64,000 nt of DNA. Source: a virus. The notes under the pieces were generated by a model that worked only from the letters and a program-made list of their open reading frames with translations, was not told the origin of the DNA and did not search any database. The DNA lies in IMG/VR virus record IMGVR_UViG_3300036859_000689, positions 4,024 through 68,023 of that record; one strand, written 5' to 3'. Made by a program: the position numbers and the translations under genes. Below are positions 8,496 to 17,859 of the stretch, piece after piece (position 1 is the first letter of the stretch; every line of letters starts with the position of its first letter).

Positions 8496-10471
8496 GTTGA
8501 AGGGAACGCAGCGAAGCTAAGGAATTGATTGTCGCCGTTGCTCGACGACGTCGAATTTACGAGGGGCACCGGTTCGACCGCGACCGCCACTCCTGGACCG
8601 AATGAGAAGGTGGATGAGGCCGGCGTCCATGTTTTATCGAATGTTCCGCTCGTGCTGCTGTTCACGGTCGTCCCGTGATGCACCCCGATTGTCTGCGTCA
8701 TCGTGGTCGTGAAAGTCGAAAGCCATCCAAACCCGCCGGCCTTGCTGGTGGTTCGAGTGTTTTCCAACGATTGAGGAACTGTTCCCGCAAGCGCCACTGC
8801 ATCGCGGTCTCCGACCTGGACTCGCACGACCGAACTCGGCCACGCCGTCGCGGACTCCGAGACAGTGCTCGTTGTGCCGGAATTCAGATTCGTTCCGATC
8901 GGCTGCTCTCGGCCAAACGTTGTTCCCTGCCAGCCTTCGCCGATCGTGACCTGTCGGATGGTTGGCACCGCCGCGGCCGTCGACGAATCTCGAACATAGG
9001 TGATGGCGGCTAGGACGCTAACCAGCGAAATTCCCTGCGTGATGCTCAATCGAGAGGAAACCGTTATGATCTGATTTGACGTCGTCCTCGTGTACGAGTT
9101 GGTGCTCAGGCTTGTTCCTCCGCTGAAAGTAGTGGTCACCGTGTCGGTGAAACTGCCGACCGTGGTCGCGGCCGTGTCTGACACGGTTGTAAACGTCGTG
9201 GTTCTCGTGCCGCTCGCGGACGAATAGGTGAACGTGGTCGCAGTAGTTCGCGTGTGGCTGATCGTTGCCACGTGCGTCGTATTCGTGAACGGCGTGTCCG
9301 TTCCGAAAGAGGCGACTCGATAGGTCGAGGTCGTCGTCGAACTCCTCGTCGACGTGATGGTGCCGCTCGAATAAGTTGTCTGCGTGAAAGTGATGGTCTG
9401 GGCGTTGCCCGTGATGGTGACGGTCGGAAACGTCTGCGTGGTGACCCCGAGTGTTGCCGAGAAAGTTGTGCGCGTGAACGAGGCCGCGATCGCTTCCGCT
9501 CGATTGCTTCCTCCGGCGCTAACGCTCCATCCCCATTCGTTCGTGTTGAATTCGATGATCGTGTCGATGATGCAGGGCAGCGCGAACGAGCTGGTGACAT
9601 AGCTCGTTGAGGTGATGGACTCAGTCGTCGTTGCGCTGGTGACGAGAGAGTAAGAAGTCGATTGCGAGGTGCTGACGGAGAAGGTGACGGTGCCGCTCGA
9701 ACTCGAGGTGCTGGACAGAAAGCTGTAGCTGGCAGATGTCGACGCCGTCGTCTGGCCGTTCGCCGTGGTGGTAAAGGTGGCCGTGGTGGAGCTATAGCCG
9801 AATGAGCTGTTCCAAAGGCTCGTCGTGGTGAGTGAGCTCGTGGAATTTACGATGCTGCTCGTCTGCGTGCTCGTCCCATTTATTCCGATCAAAGTGGAAT
9901 GCGTGATCGTCGATCGCGTGATGAAGATCGTGCCGCCGTTCACCGAGGAGCTGTTTGAGATGATGAACTCGATCGTTAAATTGGTGGTCGCCGAACGGGT
10001 CGCAAAATTTGTTCCGGCAGTAAAGCTGATGAGCGCGGTAAAAGCATTGGACTCAATGCGGCTCGACTGCCCAAACGACGTGCTCATCGAGCCGATTTCA
10101 GACTGGCTCGACGAAAAAGTTTTCTCGGTTGTCGATCCGCCGGGGATCGTTGGATTCCCTCCGGTTGTGGTGACGGCCGGTGTTTGAGTCACATCCGACG
10201 TCGACCTTGTCTCAAAAAATATCCCCCAAAACGACGCGTATGTCGTGGTCAGCGTTTGCGTGGTATTCGTCGGATTCCGGTACGTCCGAGACGTATTGGC
10301 GGAAATGAAGCTCGCGATTTCGCTGCGTGTTCCAGCGCCATCGCGCGTCACGCTCGTCGTTCTCGTCGCGACAAGAGTATTATTCGTAGATGTCGTGAAG
10401 CTCGTTCCGGTGAAGGAACTCGACGACGTCTGGGCGACCGACGCCGCGCTGGTCTGCTCATAGGACCACAT
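8492..10471 (-). CDS. Mucin-like Ser/Thr-rich protein, probable virion fibre/decoration
   Basis: 659 aa; 27 of first 60 residues S/T and similar throughout; no signal peptide; in operon with tail-like genes. Confidence 0.7.
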   Translation of the reverse strand: MWSYEQTSAASVAQTSSSSFTGTSFTTSTNNTLVATRTTSVTRDGAGTRSEIASFISANTSRTYRNPTNTTQTLTTTYASFWGIFFETRSTSDVTQTPAVTTTGGNPTIPGGSTTEKTFSSSQSEIGSMSTSFGQSSRIESNAFTALISFTAGTNFATRSATTNLTIEFIISNSSSVNGGTIFITRSTITHSTLIGINGTSTQTSSIVNSTSSLTTTSLWNSSFGYSSTTATFTTTANGQTTASTSASYSFLSSTSSSSGTVTFSVSTSQSTSYSLVTSATTTESITSTSYVTSSFALPCIIDTIIEFNTNEWGWSVSAGGSNRAEAIAASFTRTTFSATLGVTTQTFPTVTITGNAQTITFTQTTYSSGTITSTRSSTTTSTYRVASFGTDTPFTNTTHVATISHTRTTATTFTYSSASGTRTTTFTTVSDTAATTVGSFTDTVTTTFSGGTSLSTNSYTRTTSNQIITVSSRLSITQGISLVSVLAAITYVRDSSTAAAVPTIRQVTIGEGWQGTTFGREQPIGTNLNSGTTSTVSESATAWPSSVVRVQVGDRDAVALAGTVPQSLENTRTTSKAGGFGWLSTFTTTMTQTIGVHHGTTVNSSTSGTFDKTWTPASSTFSFGPGVAVAVEPVPLVNSTSSSNGDNQFLSFAAFPST

Positions 10472-10474
10472 AGC

Positions 10475-11038
10475 TCACACCGCCGTTATAGTCCACGTGT
10501 AATATATGTCGTATGGCAGCGTGCCTGGCGATGGCGCGCTTTTGCTGACACGAAATACTTCGGTTCCGGCTGCTGCTAAACTGCCGGGCCCAATCACGCG
10601 AAACCAGACGAGATCCACCACGACGCCCAACAGGTACGCGAAAGCGGTCGGAGGTTGACCCTGAAGCGTAGGAACGCCAGCGGGCGGGCTGCTATCGAAT
10701 GAGAGCGTCGCCGATGCGATTTCGCCATCGGACGCCGTGACGTTGAGGACGAGATAATACACACCGCTCGCCGCGAGGGAAAAAACGTCGTCGTAGTTCG
10801 ACGGAAGAACGCCGTTGATGGTGCCCGGCCGAACGAACGTGTCTCGAGGATCCCCGGATGTGTCGAACGTAACGTCGAAGGGAGGCGGAGTTCCACCGTC
10901 CCCGCCGGCGCTCGGCGCGGAGTCCGGGCTCTTGATCGTGTCGATCTGGCGATCGAAACGTTCCGAGGGTTCTTCGCCGCCACCGAAAGGGAAAGGCGTA
11001 GGAGGTGGCGGCGCGTCCGGTATCGGAGGAAGTGGCAT
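10475..11038 (-). CDS. Putative tail/virion protein
   Basis: TGATG overlap at 11038; Pro-rich N-terminus then beta-rich domain (VRPGTING). Confidence 0.6.
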   Translation of the reverse strand: MPLPPIPDAPPPPTPFPFGGGEEPSERFDRQIDTIKSPDSAPSAGGDGGTPPPFDVTFDTSGDPRDTFVRPGTINGVLPSNYDDVFSLAASGVYYLVLNVTASDGEIASATLSFDSSPPAGVPTLQGQPPTAFAYLLGVVVDLVWFRVIGPGSLAAAGTEVFRVSKSAPSPGTLPYDIYYTWTITAV

Positions 11039-12579
11039 CAGAAGGAGAACGTTGTGACTTCGCGTTGCCAAACAACCGTGCCGGAAATGTCCGTGAGGTA
11101 CGGCGTGTTTTTGATCGCGAGCGTTGTCGAACCGCTGGGAGGCGCGGTCGGGCTCGAGGCGACGCGCGTCGCCGAGTAGCTGTCGCAAAGCACGCCGTTG
11201 TAATCTGCGTTCGTTCCGAAAACCGTCACGCCGCTCGCGAGATAACCGGTGAGTGCCTGGCTGCCCTGAACGGTTTGACTCGGCACGGTCGGAGTCTCGG
11301 TCGTCGTGTAGGTGTAGAAGAAACTCGCGTAGGATGTGATCTGAAACGGCGCGGTCGAAATCTGCGTGACATCGAAGTCGACCGTGACATCCGCAATCAA
11401 CCGACGCTTCACCGGCGGCTGGAGGATTAACTGAGTGCTGACGAAATAGGCGAGGCCCGGAAACGGGTAGTCGTCGATCTGGGTTTTGATCGTCCTCGAT
11501 GGCGGTGGTTTTATCCAGCGCGCGCGATTCACAAAGTAGCCGTCATTGGGCTCCTGACTGAGCGTCGTATTGTAGCCGGTGCCGGAGCCCGGATAGGCTG
11601 GAATGGCCGCGGTTGCGCCCAACTCAGTGACATCGTAGACGAACGATCCATCCTCACGAGCGGTCGTGATCGTGTCGACGCGCCCGAGTCCCTTCGCATA
11701 GACGACCGTCCACATCCGGTATCCAGAATCGTCCTCGTATCCCTCCCGAATTAAAATGCTGCTCGCCGGCGGTGAGCTGACTGGATTGGTGTTTTGCGTC
11801 AGCGAGGTGAGCTGACGAATCGTGTAAATCGTGACGCCTTTTGTGACGCCGAGATCGACGGACTGGCTGTAACGAGTGTCGTAGCCGACAATGCCGCCAC
11901 CGCCGGCCGCGCTCGAGTTGCTGAACCCGTAAGTGTAAACCGGCAGACCGTTGATGAACTCCGTCGACGTCGTCACGAGCGTCCAACCCGTCGGCGTCGG
12001 CGGAACCTCGTTGAGATATTTCAGTTCACGGAGCAGCAATCTTCCTCCGAAGAGCAGCCGCTCGTTGTCGGAGAGCTGTCCCTTGTCGATGAAGGTGCGC
12101 GTCGTTCGGATCAGCGTCCCGTCGTCGGTCGCTTTCGTGAACTGCAGATAACAATCGGTGTGCGGCGCCGGCGCCTGCGTGACGCCGACCTCGTAATTGT
12201 AGGTAGCGGTGCCGGCCGAAAATTGAAGATAGTCCAGCGCGACGGTTTTATTTCCGTACTGGTCGAATGAGACCGATGGGTTGCCGACGACGATCTGCTC
12301 GTTGAGCGGGATTTCCTCGTAGGTGCGGACGAGTTTAGGCGGCGTCGCGGTCGGCTCAGTCGGCTCCTGGCTAGTTTGTCCGCTGATGTCCTGTTTGACT
12401 AACCGGCATTGCGGGAAACTGAGATCAGCCGTTCCCCATTGCTCCCAGATATCGGCGAGCAACTTCGTCGGATCCTTGGCAACGAAGTCCAGGACGTCGT
12501 ACATCCGCGTAACCCGGAGGCGCATGTCCGGAAGCCGTTCTGTTGATGGAGCGCGATTCCGCGGGTCGAGTTTTGCCAT
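11038..12579 (-). CDS. Putative tail protein
   Basis: About 513 aa, T/Y/V-rich beta protein; divergent from scaffold gene; start at MAKLDP. Confidence 0.55.
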   Translation of the reverse strand: MAKLDPRNRAPSTERLPDMRLRVTRMYDVLDFVAKDPTKLLADIWEQWGTADLSFPQCRLVKQDISGQTSQEPTEPTATPPKLVRTYEEIPLNEQIVVGNPSVSFDQYGNKTVALDYLQFSAGTATYNYEVGVTQAPAPHTDCYLQFTKATDDGTLIRTTRTFIDKGQLSDNERLLFGGRLLLRELKYLNEVPPTPTGWTLVTTSTEFINGLPVYTYGFSNSSAAGGGGIVGYDTRYSQSVDLGVTKGVTIYTIRQLTSLTQNTNPVSSPPASSILIREGYEDDSGYRMWTVVYAKGLGRVDTITTAREDGSFVYDVTELGATAAIPAYPGSGTGYNTTLSQEPNDGYFVNRARWIKPPPSRTIKTQIDDYPFPGLAYFVSTQLILQPPVKRRLIADVTVDFDVTQISTAPFQITSYASFFYTYTTTETPTVPSQTVQGSQALTGYLASGVTVFGTNADYNGVLCDSYSATRVASSPTAPPSGSTTLAIKNTPYLTDISGTVVWQREVTTFSF

Positions 12580-12618
12580 TTTGGGGGCTGCCGGTTGAGC
12601 CCCGGTCTCATTGCGTAA

Positions 12619-12652
12619 TTGACAAAAAAGGTCGATGCGAATTTGTCGGGCT
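12619..12652 (+). promoter_or_regulatory. Putative sigma70 promoter (TTGACA) for scaffold/capsid operon
   Basis: TTGACA at 12619-12624, 34 nt before ATG 12653; no clear -10. Confidence 0.45.
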
Positions 12653-13861
12653 ATGCCCGATCCTATCGCGGGGGTTACTCCCGATACCGTTCCCGACACT
12701 ATCCCTGATACGCAGCCGATTCAGAAACCGGCTAGTTCTTTAACAACGCAGGAGGCCACGAATCCCGGATTCGAATCCGAGGTTCAAAGTGCAAACTCAC
12801 CCGATGAAGTTCTGAAACTGCTCAACAGAGTCAGGACTGAAAAAGCGCCCGTGAAGAAAGAGGACAAGCCGGCCGAGGCAAAGCCGGACGATGTCGTCGT
12901 TCCCACGGATGGCGTAAAACCCGGCGAGGGGGAACCCCCCGCAGGAAATCCGGACGAGGTGGTTACGAACGAGCCCGCAGCGGGCGACCCACCAGTAATC
13001 GACCCGGACGCCGATGCCGACGAGACCGAGATCCCCGACGACGGGGTTGCTCCGATCACCGCATCAAAGACGCGACTACGACTTCCAGAAGGTGACAAGG
13101 AGGGGAGATTAGCGGCTGCATATTTGCAGCGAAACAAAGATTGGTCGATGGGCCAGGCGATCGACGCGGCTCGGAAACAACTCGGAACGGCGAAACCGCC
13201 CGAGGGAAAACCCGATGCTGCTGCGAACCCTGAAAGCATCGCGCCAACCGAGACCCTTGAAACCGTTTCAGCCGAGATCGAAAGACTCGAGGCCGAACGG
13301 TCGAGAGCGGTTAAGGAACTTCGTTTCGAGGACACCGACGGATTGGACAAGCAGCTCCGAAAGCTGGACCGAAAGCACACCGCTCTTGAGCGGGAGGCAG
13401 AGGCCCAGGGACGGGAGCGGCAGGCGCAAGCCAAAGTTCAGTACGAAACGGCGTTCGCGCGATCGAACACCCAGGCGGTCGGACTTTATCCGGACGCGGC
13501 TAACATTGAGACCCCACTCGCGAAGAAGATGGTGGAAATCGAGAAACTTCTCGAAGAAACCAACGATCCGCTGTTCCGGGATCCCAACAAGCCCCTTGTT
13601 GTAGCGCAGATGGCTGCGAGAGAGTTGAGGATTGCACCAAAGGCCAAAAGCACCGCGCCAGTCGTGAAGCCGGCCCTGAAACCGGCGGCACCCGCGGTGC
13701 CAGTAGCAAAACCGAAAGGGATGCTACCTGCAGGTGGCTCCACCACTGCCCCAGTCGCAAATCCACACGCGGAGATGAACTCCAAAATTCAGTCGGTGCA
13801 GAACCCTGATGACCTCAAGAAAGAATTGAAGAAATTAGGGATTTCTCTGCCGGGGATTTAG
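12653..13861 (+). CDS. Capsid scaffolding protein
   Basis: Acidic Pro-rich N-half, coiled coil, basic Pro/Ala tail; immediately before capsid gene. Confidence 0.7.
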   Translation: MPDPIAGVTPDTVPDTIPDTQPIQKPASSLTTQEATNPGFESEVQSANSPDEVLKLLNRVRTEKAPVKKEDKPAEAKPDDVVVPTDGVKPGEGEPPAGNPDEVVTNEPAAGDPPVIDPDADADETEIPDDGVAPITASKTRLRLPEGDKEGRLAAAYLQRNKDWSMGQAIDAARKQLGTAKPPEGKPDAAANPESIAPTETLETVSAEIERLEAERSRAVKELRFEDTDGLDKQLRKLDRKHTALEREAEAQGRERQAQAKVQYETAFARSNTQAVGLYPDAANIETPLAKKMVEIEKLLEETNDPLFRDPNKPLVVAQMAARELRIAPKAKSTAPVVKPALKPAAPAVPVAKPKGMLPAGGSTTAPVANPHAEMNSKIQSVQNPDDLKKELKKLGISLPGI

Positions 13862-13907
13862 TTTCCGCCCGTTCCGGTAGGCTACCGGTGTCAGCGTCTC
13901 TCTCACA

Positions 13908-15392
13908 ATGTCTTGGCAACTCGGCACACCCAACACGGGCACGGCTCTCGCAGCTCTCGACCCGAATTCGGTCCGTCTTCTCTGGCAGAAGACGGTCGAC
14001 GTCTTCGAACAAACCGAAGATTTTTTCCAGCAGTTCGAAGGAACTGACCGCAACTCCCCGATTCGTGTCCTGACCGACACGGCCGCGGGCCGCGGACTAA
14101 CCCTCCGCATCACTGCCCGCGCCGGTTACTACGGTCCCGGCAAGTCCGGAGACTCGCTGTTCAACAACAGCTCCGACTTCGAGCCGGACATCATCAACAG
14201 CTACTCGGTCTCCGTCGACTTCCTGCGCAATGCGACGTCGATCACCGAGCGCACTGACGAATACATGGGTATGCAGGGCGAGCTTGCTGACGGCCAGGCG
14301 GTCGAACTCGGCAAGTGGATGGGTCGTGAGAAAACGGCCCGCATGATGATGACGTATCGCCTCAAGGGCGGTCCGGAAAACTTCATCGTCGCCGCCGGTC
14401 GCCCGACCGAGGCCACGCTCAAGACCGCGGACGGTCTCAGCTACAACGAGCTCGTCAAGATGGGCCAGCTCCTCAAGCCCCTCGGCGGTCGCCCCGCCAA
14501 GGTCGCTACGATCAACGGCAGCGAGGTGTTGAAATACATCGTCGTTGGTACGACCCCCGGTCTGTTCAGCCTCAAGACCGACGACGATTACAAGCTCCTG
14601 CTCCGCGACGCGGCTCCCCGTGAAAACTGGGACAAGAATCCGCTGTGGAACGGTGGCTATGCGGAAATCGACGGTCACTCCATCCGCGAGTATAACCCGA
14701 TCGACCACGACGGCTACGGCCCTGTTGGTTCGGCGTTCAACCCGAAAGCCTTCCTCGGTGGAGCCATCACGGCCGGCACCGCGGCGTTCGACGTTCTCGG
14801 CGGCGGCTCTGCGGCTGCTGCGGCGTACACCAACATCCAATACTTCCGCTATTTCGATAACTACGCCTTCGAGTTCCTGCCCGCCGACATCTTCACGCCG
14901 GGTTCGACTGAGAAATATTTTCTCATCATCAATCCGTCGAACGCGGCGGTTGATCCGGGTCTCGTCGGCATGTACGCGTACACGACCGGCAACAACGGCA
15001 ACAAGATCACGATCACGAAGCGCCTCGCGTCCGTTCAGAACGGGCCCGTTGCACTCGCGACCGTCGGTTCTGTCACGTGGAACAGCGGCGTTTGGGTCGG
15101 CAAGCACACGATGGTTCACCCCATCGGCGCGACGATCGTTCAGTGCAACGCCTTGGGCGTTCCGATCGGCGACACGATCATGATGGGCGCCGAGGGCGTC
15201 GTTCGTGGTTACGGCAAATGGCGCAACAAGCGGTCGCAGTGGATGGTTGATGGCGACTTCGAGACTCGCAAATACATCACGTCCGTCTTCGGCCAGGCGC
15301 TCCGTAAAAACGTTCGCAACGTGTATCCGGGTTACACCCGGCTGCGCCACGCGATCGAGTACCCGGAGCTTGGTCTCCCGGTTGTGGTGTAA
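13908..15392 (+). CDS. Major capsid protein (N4-like/DUF4043 type)
   Basis: 494 aa; DTAAGRGLTLRIT, SVSVDFLRNA, LGKWMGR, PLWNGGYAEIDG; strong codon bias. Confidence 0.85.
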   Translation: MSWQLGTPNTGTALAALDPNSVRLLWQKTVDVFEQTEDFFQQFEGTDRNSPIRVLTDTAAGRGLTLRITARAGYYGPGKSGDSLFNNSSDFEPDIINSYSVSVDFLRNATSITERTDEYMGMQGELADGQAVELGKWMGREKTARMMMTYRLKGGPENFIVAAGRPTEATLKTADGLSYNELVKMGQLLKPLGGRPAKVATINGSEVLKYIVVGTTPGLFSLKTDDDYKLLLRDAAPRENWDKNPLWNGGYAEIDGHSIREYNPIDHDGYGPVGSAFNPKAFLGGAITAGTAAFDVLGGGSAAAAAYTNIQYFRYFDNYAFEFLPADIFTPGSTEKYFLIINPSNAAVDPGLVGMYAYTTGNNGNKITITKRLASVQNGPVALATVGSVTWNSGVWVGKHTMVHPIGATIVQCNALGVPIGDTIMMGAEGVVRGYGKWRNKRSQWMVDGDFETRKYITSVFGQALRKNVRNVYPGYTRLRHAIEYPELGLPVVV

Positions 15393-15462
15393 GTCAGTGG
15401 TTTGATATTCCTCGAAAAGTGGCGCCCGGTGCTGGTGGCCGGGCGCGCACTTCTCTCACTTT

Positions 15463-15825
15463 ATGCAGTTCATCGCTTATCTGATCGGAAACCCTCACGT
15501 GCAGGGTTGGCATCGCCGCGACTTCAAATGGAACGACGCGTACAAGTGCTACGTTTACCAAGATCGCACGTTCGACGAAAAGGAGTTCAACACCGTCATG
15601 CCGGTCATCTGGAAGAAATACCGCGAGGTATTCCCCCAGTTCAAAATTGTCTCCGATCCCGAACCCGCTCCCGCGCCCGCCGCGGTCGTAGCCGTTCCGG
15701 CGATCGAAGTCCCATCGCTGCCGGCGGAAATTACCGTCGATCAGGCAGTCGACACTCTTATTCGGCTGGCTCCTGAAAAGCTCCGGCTGCCAAAAGTCCG
15801 TCCGCCCGTTGCGGCTCCGGTCTAA
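15463..15825 (+). CDS. Hypothetical virion-associated protein
   Basis: Follows capsid gene. Confidence 0.6.
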   Translation: MQFIAYLIGNPHVQGWHRRDFKWNDAYKCYVYQDRTFDEKEFNTVMPVIWKKYREVFPQFKIVSDPEPAPAPAAVVAVPAIEVPSLPAEITVDQAVDTLIRLAPEKLRLPKVRPPVAAPV

Positions 15826-15830
15826 CGCTG

Positions 15831-16541
15831 ATGCCCCTACAAGTCGTCCAAGTCCGCAATTCTCTCCTTAGCGTACTTGGGTTCGACGTCCCTGCGGCGG
15901 CGCCGACGCTCGCGCTGGATGACGTTACGATCGCGCTCAACGGTGCGATGCAGATGCTCCAGACCGCCGGTGAAGATTATTTCACGCGCACAACGCTAAC
16001 CCAAATTGTGTCCGCCGGCACGGCGAGCTACATGCTTCCGCAAGCCGCGCAAAATGTCATCGGTCCGATCCGCTTGGATGGACGGCCGTTGATGGCTCTC
16101 GAGAACCAAGGTCAATACGATCAGTACGACCGCATCTTCAACGGTGGATCCTCGTTCGGTCCAGGATCCGGAGTCCCGAAGTCCTACCACTGCCAGAGCA
16201 CGCGAGTCGGCACTGTTGGCGACATCAGTCGGATTTTCATCTGGCTCGCGCCGATGCCGATCACGAGTGGTTTACTTTCGGTCGAAATCGTGAACGACGC
16301 CGTCAGCTACGTGGTCGGGGATCTTTCCAGCACCGCCGAAATGCCCATCGGCCAGAATTACACGGAGACGATTTTCCTGCCGATCGCGCGGTTCCTTGTC
16401 ACGCGGAGCTCACTGTTCAGCCGGCAAGAATTGCTGAAACCGCTGACCTCGGACTATCAGACCGCGCTTGCTCGGCTCGGCTTCACGGGCGGATTTCCGA
16501 ACGCGACCCAACAGCTCCCGAAACGTGAGGTGCAGGCATGA
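15831..16541 (+). CDS. Head-tail adaptor-like protein
   Basis: Helical N-terminus (IALNGAMQ), AGTASYMLP, GVPKSY, IWLAPMP adaptor pattern. Confidence 0.65.
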   Translation: MPLQVVQVRNSLLSVLGFDVPAAAPTLALDDVTIALNGAMQMLQTAGEDYFTRTTLTQIVSAGTASYMLPQAAQNVIGPIRLDGRPLMALENQGQYDQYDRIFNGGSSFGPGSGVPKSYHCQSTRVGTVGDISRIFIWLAPMPITSGLLSVEIVNDAVSYVVGDLSSTAEMPIGQNYTETIFLPIARFLVTRSSLFSRQELLKPLTSDYQTALARLGFTGGFPNATQQLPKREVQA

Positions 16542-17431
16542 CAACCGTCGAACTAATCTCCCGTGTCGCGCGTCGCGCCCGCAGTGGCGGCGATTTCACG
16601 AAGCTCTCGATGCTCGAGCGCATGGACGTCCTGAGCGCGATCAACGGCGCCATTCAGGAGGTTTACGAACTGCTGCCGGTTTACCTCAAGGAGCAGACTC
16701 TCGGCTTCACGCTGCCCGCGCAGGTCACCGTGCCGGCCCTTGGCGTCACGAATGGCAGCAAGGTCGTTACCGGCTACGCGTTCACGGCGGACCAAATCGG
16801 CCGCAGCATCCTGATCGAAGGCGACGGCGTGGTGAATCAGCTACTCGGCAACGGCACAAATCTGAGTCTCCTCAACGATTACCAAGGTCAGACCGGAACA
16901 GTCGGAGCCACGATCTACGGCGACACGTGTTACACGACCGGCGTCCCGTTTGACCGCATCGTCGGAAATCCGGAGTACGGCGATCAACGGCAATGGCCGA
17001 TCATGCGCCGCACCGGCAACCCGTCGGATTATCAGTTCTTCGGTCTCCTGCAGGTCGGTCGGCCAATGTATTGGTGGGTTCAAAACATGGGCAACTCTCA
17101 GGGGAACGTGCCGATCCTCGTGATGAAGTTTTTCCCGATGCCAGACACCGCGTACACGGTTAAAGTCCGCATCGCGTTTTGGGCGCGGCGCCTCGTGTTG
17201 GCCGACTATGACGACGCGTCGACGATCACCGTCTTGGATCAGTTCCTCGAGTCCGCACTGATTCCGCTGGCGCTCCGGCAATTCATGTTGAGCCCCGCGT
17301 GGGAGAGGCTTGGTCCCCAAGCCGATCAGGATGTGCGCGACTCGGCGGCGCGTGCGGAAGTTTTTCTGCGTAAACAACCCGGCCAAGTCGGCGCTCCGGC
17401 GAATCAAGTCGGAACCCCGTTCGGCTACTAA
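16538..17431 (+). CDS. Second adaptor/tail tubular-like protein
   Basis: AINGAIQEV, GRPMYW, FFPMPDTAYTV; ATGA overlap. Confidence 0.65.
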   Translation: MTTVELISRVARRARSGGDFTKLSMLERMDVLSAINGAIQEVYELLPVYLKEQTLGFTLPAQVTVPALGVTNGSKVVTGYAFTADQIGRSILIEGDGVVNQLLGNGTNLSLLNDYQGQTGTVGATIYGDTCYTTGVPFDRIVGNPEYGDQRQWPIMRRTGNPSDYQFFGLLQVGRPMYWWVQNMGNSQGNVPILVMKFFPMPDTAYTVKVRIAFWARRLVLADYDDASTITVLDQFLESALIPLALRQFMLSPAWERLGPQADQDVRDSAARAEVFLRKQPGQVGAPANQVGTPFGY

Positions 17432-17442
17432 TTCAAATCATC

Positions 17443-17709
17443 ATGTTCAGCGTCGACGTTAACAACCTGAAGGGCGAACGGGGTTCGGTCTATATCCCTG
17501 CCGCTGACACTGCCCTCTACACCCCAGACCAAACAAAGGGTTGCTGGACCGCGATCGAGTGCATTGCGGACTGCATTTTCACGACGCTTGTCGACGAGAC
17601 GAGTCTCCCGAAAGACGTGCACACCATCACGCTTCTCGCCGGCCGCGTGACCTACGGTAATTTTTCGGCCGTCAAACTCGCGAGCGGTTCGGTCAAGCTC
17701 TACTACTGA
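17443..17709 (+). CDS. Small virion protein
   Basis: 88 aa beta-rich, ends YGNFSAVKLASGSVKLYY. Confidence 0.6.
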   Translation: MFSVDVNNLKGERGSVYIPAADTALYTPDQTKGCWTAIECIADCIFTTLVDETSLPKDVHTITLLAGRVTYGNFSAVKLASGSVKLYY

Positions 17710-17852
17710 TGCCCGCTCAGGCAAACGGCCTCGCGCTGCCCCTGATCGACACGGCGGAGAGTTCACCGGCTCCCCCGTCACTCCCTTCAATTTTGCTCGA
17801 GAACGGCACTTTCATGCTGCTCGAGGACGGCACCAATATCTTGTTAGAATAA
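17709..17852 (+). CDS. 47-aa peptide with LLE(N/D)G repeats (not in ORF track)
   Basis: TGATG overlap; ends ILLENGTFMLLEDGTNILLE*. Confidence 0.6.
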   Translation: MPAQANGLALPLIDTAESSPAPPSLPSILLENGTFMLLEDGTNILLE

Positions 17853-17859
17853 TCCAGCC

